NCBI GenBank assembly: GCA_016906335.1
Contig: JADEYG010000012.1
Location: forward strand, 434,001-498,000
DNA from: Novakomyces olei
Lineage: Eukaryota
Direction: 5' to 3'
DNA: 64,000 nucleotides
The first letter of the stretch is position 1, and each line of letters begins with the position of its first letter. Made by a program: the position numbers and the translations under genes. The notes under the pieces are model-generated. The model saw only the letters and a program-made list of their open reading frames with translations, was not told the DNA's origin and did not search any database. Shown here piece after piece: positions 56,587 to 64,000 of this stretch.

Positions 56587-57696
56587 ATTTATCCGAAAAA
56601 TTACAAATTGAGCTTTTATTATAAATCAGAATAATAGAATTATTAATATACGATATTTGCGTATACGAATAGCGGTCGGATTAAATGTAATCGTATATGC
56701 GGCGCAATTATGTGGGGGCCGCGACTCTATACAAAGGGTATACTTCTGGTGCATCTAAGCCTGCGTCAATTTGGTAACTCATCAACTGCCCTTGCAATTG
56801 CCTACATCTGTTTTAGAAAATGAAGATCTTGTACCGCTGTGCGCACATCGTACGATTGAAGAGTCCAACGAGTATAATTTCATAGTATTAAATAGCTCAT
56901 AATAATGTAAATATTTACAAATGATTGTGGTTATTTACGCAAGAATTGTATAAGCACAACATGAGCCATTTGGAATTACAGTCCAGTTATTGATCCGATA
57001 TTTTTGGACGAATAGACGAAATAAAGAACACGCCAAGGAATCAAGATTGTTCACGGCTTCTCACAATCAAGATATTTGCCGAGAAAATTTGCCAAGCAAT
57101 CATCGAGCGAGACAACTAGTCGCTGCAACGGCCCGTGAGATCTGCATATCGGTCTTACTCTAAGCTTACTTGGCCGATGACTTTCTTGAGCCTATTATTA
57201 TGTATAATAAGTACAGTGCATTGAAATCTATACGAGAATGATGCGCGAGAGCTTATATACAAGAAAGAGAAAGACGTAAGATTTCGCGAAACCTGCTACT
57301 GCCCGGTCGACTGGTTGCCATATCTGTAATTTGATTTAGTTGATCTCCATATTTTTTAGCTCTGGCAGAAATCAACAGAGATCAAAGCCATAGAGCTCTC
57401 GGTTAGGACCGATAACGCCCAGCGTTTGACAACGGTCGAGTCATGTGATGTCTTAGACGTAATCTCGGCCTATAGCCAATACTGAATACTGTATTCCTTC
57501 TATCCCACCTACATCTTGAAACTATCGCATATATGAGCCGTAAATAGATAGCGCATCAGACTGATGATCCTTGTTGTTTATTGAAATTTCTATGAATACC
57601 CTCCCCTCCGTCTATTCCTCTCTCATCCCACCTTTCCTTCGTCTAAAGATTTACCGTCTATCAATCTCAGTCAATTTGTCTTTTTGCTCGTAGTAA

Positions 57697-59226
57697 TCAC
57701 GATTTTGAACATTCACAAGCTCTTAATCCCTCTGTACAGCAAACTTCCAGAGCAGACAGCTGTTTTTGTAAAGCTTCTACTGCTGCCGACATTCCCTTAT
57801 CAGACCCAAAAGCAAGGGAGCCACCTTCACCCTTTGCCGCTGCCAATAATGCTTGCAATAGAAGCGACTGTAATTGTTCGTGTGTAAGCAAAGGTGCGTC
57901 AGGGTCAAATTTGTCTTGTCGCAAAGGAAATACCGGCATATTTGTTAAATGGGCGGCTAAAGATTGTCCCGAAGGGTCTGCTTGGGCAAGCTGACGTAAT
58001 TCATGCCAAATGTGTTTAGTCACGCCTAGATGCAATCCCCAGGGCATTGATGGTAATCCTGTTGACGCCTCCATATTATCTTCTATATTATCCTCTTTGT
58101 TCATACCATATTTCTCCACATTCGCAGTGGGTGCTGATCGCCTTAGTATCGAATACCCGCGAGACTGTCCTGTTGTTGCATCAATTGGAAACAGCGCCTC
58201 CCATAATTGCTCAACACGAGCCCAGTAAGGTGGATACTTGAACCGTGCAACATCGAGTATGAGCACACGATCATGTTTTGCAGAATAGCCACCTACAGGA
58301 CTGAAATGCCCGTCTCCGGTTTGGCCCAGGGTCTTTCGAGAAAAACTGACGGCCATGATTTCATCGGCTTTCCTACTAGACCGTACGATATCCTGCCGAA
58401 ACGTGGACAACGAGGGCGGAGGCCGTGTTGTAGTCACGTGTAGACCGTAACAGGACGCCAGGCAGTGAAACTCTTCCAAGGTTATGCCATGAGTTTTAAT
58501 ATAGTCCAGGCTGCGACAGCAACTCAGCATATCCTGCTCGAACCAGCGCCAGTTACTTCCTTTCCATTTCTTGTTTGGATCGATTCGAAGAGCGTTCAAA
58601 ACCATGCAAAGCGTTCCTACACCACACAAGGCAGGTTCGTTTTGAGTAAGAAACTGCTGTGCCAAGACAAAATAGCTTTCTAATGTGCCATCAAGCATGG
58701 CATCCCGAAAACACTGCTTTCCCTCATCCGAATCAAATGCCCACAGGTCAGCAGGTAACTGTCGCATATAAAATGTACGAGTCGGTGATGCCTTAGGCGC
58801 CGTTGCCGGAGTTACAGGCTCTGTCTGAGCTGCTTTAACCGGGTCGTTATTCGTCTGTAGTTCAGGCTGGTTCAATATGGCTTGCTGACCTGCTGACGCT
58901 TGGTCTTGCCTCGCCAGATCTGATCCTTCGTCCTTGCCAATTCCTTGAAATGATCGAGGCAATTCGGCTGCCTCTGGCGCTTCCACCCGATCATTTCGAA
59001 CATCAGTGCCATTTTGATAGGGCGCGTCCTTGCTCCTGTTCGCTGCCGAAGGCTCTACCTGACTGGCTCGCCGAATTTTAACCTTTGGCGGCAGTCGGAT
59101 ACTATCCGCTGGTGCTAAACTCTCCATACTAAACGTGCGAGGGCCAATAATGCTACTACCTCGGCAGTGACGACAACGACGGCACAAAAGGCGGGGTACT
59201 GTGAGAGCACTGTATCTTGACAGCAT
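57697..59226 (-). CDS. Phytochelatin synthase (glutathione gamma-glutamylcysteinyltransferase)
   Basis: TFYMRQLP; catalytic triad in QNEPALCG (Cys), GDGHFSP (His), LILDVARFKYPPYW (Asp); Cys-rich tail EVCCTEGLRACEC. Confidence 0.95.
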   Translation of the reverse strand: MLSRYSALTVPRLLCRRCRHCRGSSIIGPRTFSMESLAPADSIRLPPKVKIRRASQVEPSAANRSKDAPYQNGTDVRNDRVEAPEAAELPRSFQGIGKDEGSDLARQDQASAGQQAILNQPELQTNNDPVKAAQTEPVTPATAPKASPTRTFYMRQLPADLWAFDSDEGKQCFRDAMLDGTLESYFVLAQQFLTQNEPALCGVGTLCMVLNALRIDPNKKWKGSNWRWFEQDMLSCCRSLDYIKTHGITLEEFHCLASCYGLHVTTTRPPPSLSTFRQDIVRSSRKADEIMAVSFSRKTLGQTGDGHFSPVGGYSAKHDRVLILDVARFKYPPYWARVEQLWEALFPIDATTGQSRGYSILRRSAPTANVEKYGMNKEDNIEDNMEASTGLPSMPWGLHLGVTKHIWHELRQLAQADPSGQSLAAHLTNMPVFPLRQDKFDPDAPLLTHEQLQSLLLQALLAAAKGEGGSLAFGSDKGMSAAVEALQKQLSALEVCCTEGLRACECSKS

Positions 59227-59722
59227 CGAAAACCGGAGCTGCCGAGTACAATGTGCAAAGGCGTCGTGTTTATCAAAATCTTATCTGATCGTAGGTCATA
59301 GAAACTGCACTAGCATGACTTGTGCATGAGCAATAGAACATTTGGATAGGCGCGTTAATTTTACTGTATTACTTGAATTATAAGATACGTTATGCACGAT
59401 AAGCCTGTTGGGAAACGCGTTTGAGCGCACGCGTAGACGCGGTCTCATATAATAACGACACGAGCTTTGCTTATATCCTATCAAATCAGAACGAGGCGGA
59501 GATCAAGTTTGTTATAATGATAATGACATTCAGGTTTGTTTTATGGTAAAATTCTGTTTTTGATTTGATTACACTGGAATAAGCGACCGTCATATACTAT
59601 CTCAAATTACTCTTATAAATGTTGTATTGGAAGATTAAATTAAATATAATCAGATTATTTTATGAGCTTTTGTAATTCTAATCTCTATCACGACAGGCTT
59701 CCATTTCGTTCCGTGCAGTCTT

Positions 59723-61251
59723 CTAGAACTTGGGCCCGTTGATAATTTCTTGGCCCTGTGTGCTTTGCCAAAATGTACCATTCGGGTACTCGTATTTCTC
59801 AAACGCCTCCGGTCGCATGGCCACCGAGTATCCCGGTTCTGTTGGTGTAACATAGTATCCATGCTCGACGCGTGAAGGATGGTAAAAGTATTCGTGGAGA
59901 TGGTCAACATATTCGAGCATAGACTTTTTAGCCGCCACAGATACGTAATCTAAAATGGTCAGTTTAGTAGAATCACAATTAGGATTAAGCAGAAAATAAA
60001 TAAATAAACACGTTAATTGATAAAGCATTACAAAAAACGAGTATCGAGACAGCAATGAATGCAAATGTTGTTATTTACCTATAGTGGAAAGATGCTGAGT
60101 GTATTCCGGTAATCCGACTCCACCAGAGTGTGGAACAATGGGTACACCGTACTTTTTAGCCATCAGTAATACTGCCAGCACTTCATTGACGCCACCGAGA
60201 CGGCAAGCATCAATTTGGCAATAATCGATGGCGCCGGACATTAGCAACTGCTTGAAGATAACACGATTCTGACACATTTCGCCAGTAGCTACTCCGATAC
60301 CGAAAGGCCGTAGCGCCTCACGCACGGCTTTATGCCCCAGGATATCGTCCGGCGAAGTAGGTTCTTCAATAAAAAGCGGACGATACTCTGCCAAATCCTT
60401 CATCCATTCAATTGCCTCTGGCACAGACCAAATCTGATTAGCATCGACCATGAGAGTGTTTCCTTTATCGTAGCCGATAACCTCCCGAGCGACCTGGAGA
60501 CGATGCTTGTCTTGATCTAGATCTCCTCCCACTTTAAGCTTAAAGTAATGATAGCCCTGATCCAGAGATTGCTGCAATAAGGCTCTCATTCGTTCCTCCC
60601 CATAACCCAACCAGCCGGCCGATGTAGTATAAGCGGGGACGGCTCTATTAGCCCCTACTTCGTGTAATCGATTGGCTTTTCCCTCAGCCGCTTGCTTCAG
60701 TATAGCAATCCCTTCCTCCACAGTCACTGCGTCCGTAATATACCGAAAATCGATACAGCGAACGAACTCCTCTGGCGTCATATCCGCCACGAGCTGCCAT
60801 ACCGGTTTCCCCACAACTTTAGCCCACATATCCCACACAGCATTAATAACGGCTCCTGTTGCCAAATGAATGACTCCTTTTTCAGGACCGATCCATCGCA
60901 GCTGAGAATCGTTTACTACGTGTCTCCACGTCTTACCCATGTCGGCAGTCAGCTCACCCAGCGATCTGCCCACTACCCGCTCCGCTACACGCTCAATCGC
61001 CATAGTCACGAGCTCGTTTCCACGGCCAATCGTAAATGTCTCCTGTATTAGTGCTTGCACGCGTGAGCTCAAAGTACCATGCCGTGACCAGTGGTGTTGG
61101 ATGATTGCAGGATGCAGTAAGCTGCAGAATAATCGCCGGCCGCATTCATAGCGTCGGAGCCGGATTTGTCGAGCGATGTTGGAAACCGCACATCCCGCGC
61201 CTCCGCATGAGTGATTACAACATCATCCAAGTTGGCAGCTGAGCCTGTCAT
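59723..61251 (-). CDS. lgd1: L-galactonate dehydratase / ENOSF1-like enolase-superfamily enzyme; introns 61040(or 61043)-61077 and 59950-60078
   Basis: DVRFPTSLDKSGSDAM, FTIGRGN, PAYTTSAGWLGY, FKLKVG, DANQ, IEEPTSPDD, TGE, PHSGGVGLPE, EYVDHLHE. Confidence 0.9.
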
Positions 61252-62004
61252 TTTGCAATGTGCAGTAGGCGAAGAACCGTTTGATTCCTCCTGGCGTTCG
61301 TCGGCAAAGGACGACAAACTTTACGCGACTACACAGACTGTATCCCGCGCAGCATCTAAGGTTACTTTGACAATAAAGCGTGTTTGGTCAAAGTTATATT
61401 GCGGCAACGATACGTGCCTGGCAAAAATTTTGACTGGTATATTACTTTGACAAACCGTGTCTGCTTATGCCCACCCTCTCACAGTAAATAGCTCTTGGCG
61501 GCCGTGTGTCATGTGCTAACGGTCCAATGGCCAAGTCATAACGAGACGTTTACTTGGCCATGAATCACTAGAGCCTTTGTCGCTTAGGTTTGAATGACAT
61601 CATCAGACTGAGACGTAAAGCAGCATTTCACAGTCTTTTATTGAGGAGAAACCCAGCAAATGTAGCTGAATTAGAATAATGGACCCAACATGATTCGGAT
61701 AAGACGTTTGAGAGAAATGCATCTCTACATTATTCTGCATTCTCGGAGACCCGAAACTTGAATTATGCACTAAACAGCACTTTGGATGAAGACATTTAAT
61801 TTCGCTTCAACGCTAAAGCAATCTTTATTACTTGCCAGCTAGAATGAGAACACTATTGTCGAACAGATCTTCTACCTCTCGATCGACACCCGGAGCACAC
61901 CGGGAAGAATGTGCGCCCAGTAAAATGGCAGCCGTGCAATGGGAATACTCGTTTCCATTTTGCGCGCTGAGCACGAGCGTCGGCTAGTGCGACTATGATT
62001 TTCG

Positions 62005-62010
62005 CACGTG
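62005..62010. promoter_or_regulatory. CACGTG E-box (possible Pho4-type site) in the lgd1/acid phosphatase divergent region
   Basis: Single motif match. Confidence 0.15.
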
Positions 62011-62828
62011 CGCTTTAGTATGTCAGCCGAGTGGCTCAATAAAAAAATCTTGTAGTATACTATGCGAACATGACACAAAAAACCAAGTAACATAGTCCAC
62101 GACTGTCATCGGGTATTAATAAATTAAATGTCTATAAATCGATTGACATTCTGTCGTATCGCCTGAACAACTAATGCCTCTAATGCCGATTAATTGAACA
62201 TCATGATTTTTCTCTTTCAACGATCCACGCCTATCTAACAACAATTCTGGGTCCCTTCAAATTCAACTGCTTTCAACTATAGCAAGTCAATAGTCTACTT
62301 TTCCATAGGCAAGATCTCCAACGCGCAAAATCGATTCGGTGCCTAATTTGTGCAGCCGGAGTAATCCTCCGTTCTGATTGGACACGCGGGGAACTGACCG
62401 TTGCACCTATAAGAGGTAGACGAACGTTGAGTGTCCCACTCGGGTAACAACGACGTCAGACGTGTGACCAGCAGCCCGGAACTCGCACACAACATCCGGC
62501 CTGATTTAAAAGTGCGCCAGACAAATTTGGGCCGCATTAGGTACGATGTTTACATCTATGCTGTCATAACCCGACAGATTTGGCCCTGATGAAATCACCA
62601 GTGTATTATTTCTATAGGAAACTGCCTCCCTACTTGGATAGTGTGTTTTTATTGTGAATTGCTTGACCTTTGCGACCAGAAAAATGGTGTGTGCGCACAG
62701 TCGCAATCACTACTTGAGTCATATAAATATTCTTGTCTGATTCTTTCCACGTATCCCGAAGTCTAGTATATAGGTTCTAATTAACGCTTAAACTCGGACC
62801 AACGAAGGCTCAAGAGCAAGCGCACAAA

Positions 62829-63267
62829 ATGTCTATTTATGCCTTCCTTGTCAGTGTCGCCGTGGGCGTTGCTGCGGCAGCAAATAGCACTGACCCAAAC
62901 TTTCCCGCCAGCGTCGGCTACGGCGGGCCGGTTGCGACCAGCGTCAAACCTTTTTTGAGGGCTACGGATCCCGTCCCCGGGTATTCCATGGCTGCGAATG
63001 CCTCGACAGCTTCTTATACTCGCGCTCCATCTCCTCTTCAAACGGCTTACAATATTTCCAACAGCACTGTTTCATGGGTGAATGAAACTGCAATGGAGGA
63101 TGAGACCTTTATCGTTTCAGATAATTGGGCCGAGCTGAAGCCGTATGAGCCCTCGCCAGGGTTTGGCGTTGCCGAATTTTCGCTGCCTCCTCAATGCCGA
63201 GTGACATGGGCTCACTACGTAGGTCATCATTTATTTTTATTTTTATTTTTATTTTTATTTTTATTTA

Positions 63268-63303
<36 letters not shown>

Positions 63304-64000
63304 TCCGCGGCTATTATGACCAAAAATCTTTTTGCTTTTATTCGACATTTCATACGCTATCGTCCCTATTTACGTATATAATTCTCTGCCCCGCGATTGA
63401 AGAATATATTTTCGTATTACAATATAATAATAATTTAAATGCATATATTATTTCGCCCTGCTTACTCTTAGCTCCATCGACATGGCGCGCGATACCCGAC
63501 TGGCTTTAGGGAATTGTTTGGATTGATCAGCAATCTTTCAAATGCGAGCGCGGAATTTTCGGGTCCTTTGTCCTTCCTCAATGATTATACCTACTCGTTG
63601 GGCGAAGAGATTTTGACTCCAGTCGGAAACGAAGAGCTCTTCAGCTCCGGAGTTGATGCCTTTTACCAGTACGGTCAGCTGTGGAGCACTTCTCCAGGTG
63701 CTCCTAAGCTCGTAGCGCGTACGACATCACAACAGCGAATGCTGGACTCGGCAAAGTACTTCTTGCTAGGCTTTGCTGGCTTGAATTGGGACGATTATTT
63801 CAACTTGCAAGTTATAATTGAAGACGAGTCCGGCCGGTTCAATAATACATTGAGCCCCACTGGCAACTGTCCTAATGCCGCCGAATTTGATCTTGGTACT
63901 GAGGCAAGCCACCAATGGGCCCAAATATACTTGCAAAATGCTACAAGCAGACTGCAAAACTATACTGAAGGCTATAATTGGACTGTAGTTGATGCTTTTG
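62829..64000 (+). CDS. Secreted histidine acid phosphatase/phytase, 3'-truncated by the window; intron 63219-63471
   Basis: Signal peptide; spliced LPPQCRVTWAHY|LHRHGARYP (RHGxRxP); RTTSQQRMLDSAKYF; FNNTL. Confidence 0.93.

Noticed and set aside
56700..57170. Possible small spliced gene on the + strand
   Set aside because: Weak branch sites and no consistent frame or recognisable product
61300..62800. TPP riboswitch or other structured RNA upstream of the acid phosphatase
   Set aside because: TPP aptamer motifs are not found in order; only short hairpins that could arise by chance

Overview
Gene-dense, intron-containing fungal chromosome segment. It is most likely an ascomycete of Taphrinomycotina/fission-yeast-like type; this is an inference from the phytochelatin synthase, the short dPGM, and 35-50 nt introns with branch sites close to the 3' AG. 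It opens with the frameshifted 3' end of a Ty1/copia retrotransposon and its 3' LTR. About 28 protein genes follow: VTS1, a secretory glutaredoxin, TFC4, PP1, Rdx/SelW-like, CPY, two RRM proteins, COA4, ChaC, Asterix, RAD26, YAK1, GPM1, eIF3c, ZCCHC9-like, a Cid1-family nucleotidyltransferase, STR3, an FHA-like orphan, SND2, GGT, a truncated NudE-like gene, phytochelatin synthase, L-galactonate dehydratase, a histidine acid phosphatase and two orphans. Several of these only emerge after manual splicing. I found no tRNA, rRNA or CRISPR, and I cannot demonstrate a new biological system. Best leads: (1) a concentration of glutathione/thiol genes, with an identical GC-rich 12-mer upstream of STR3 and GGT; (2) a phytochelatin synthase with a mitochondrial-type presequence; (3) two cryptic solo LTRs, both in divergent promoters; (4) a 132-bp bidirectional promoter that is mostly (AAT)n; (5) a probable GAG splice acceptor. 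All family assignments come from motif recognition, not database searches.
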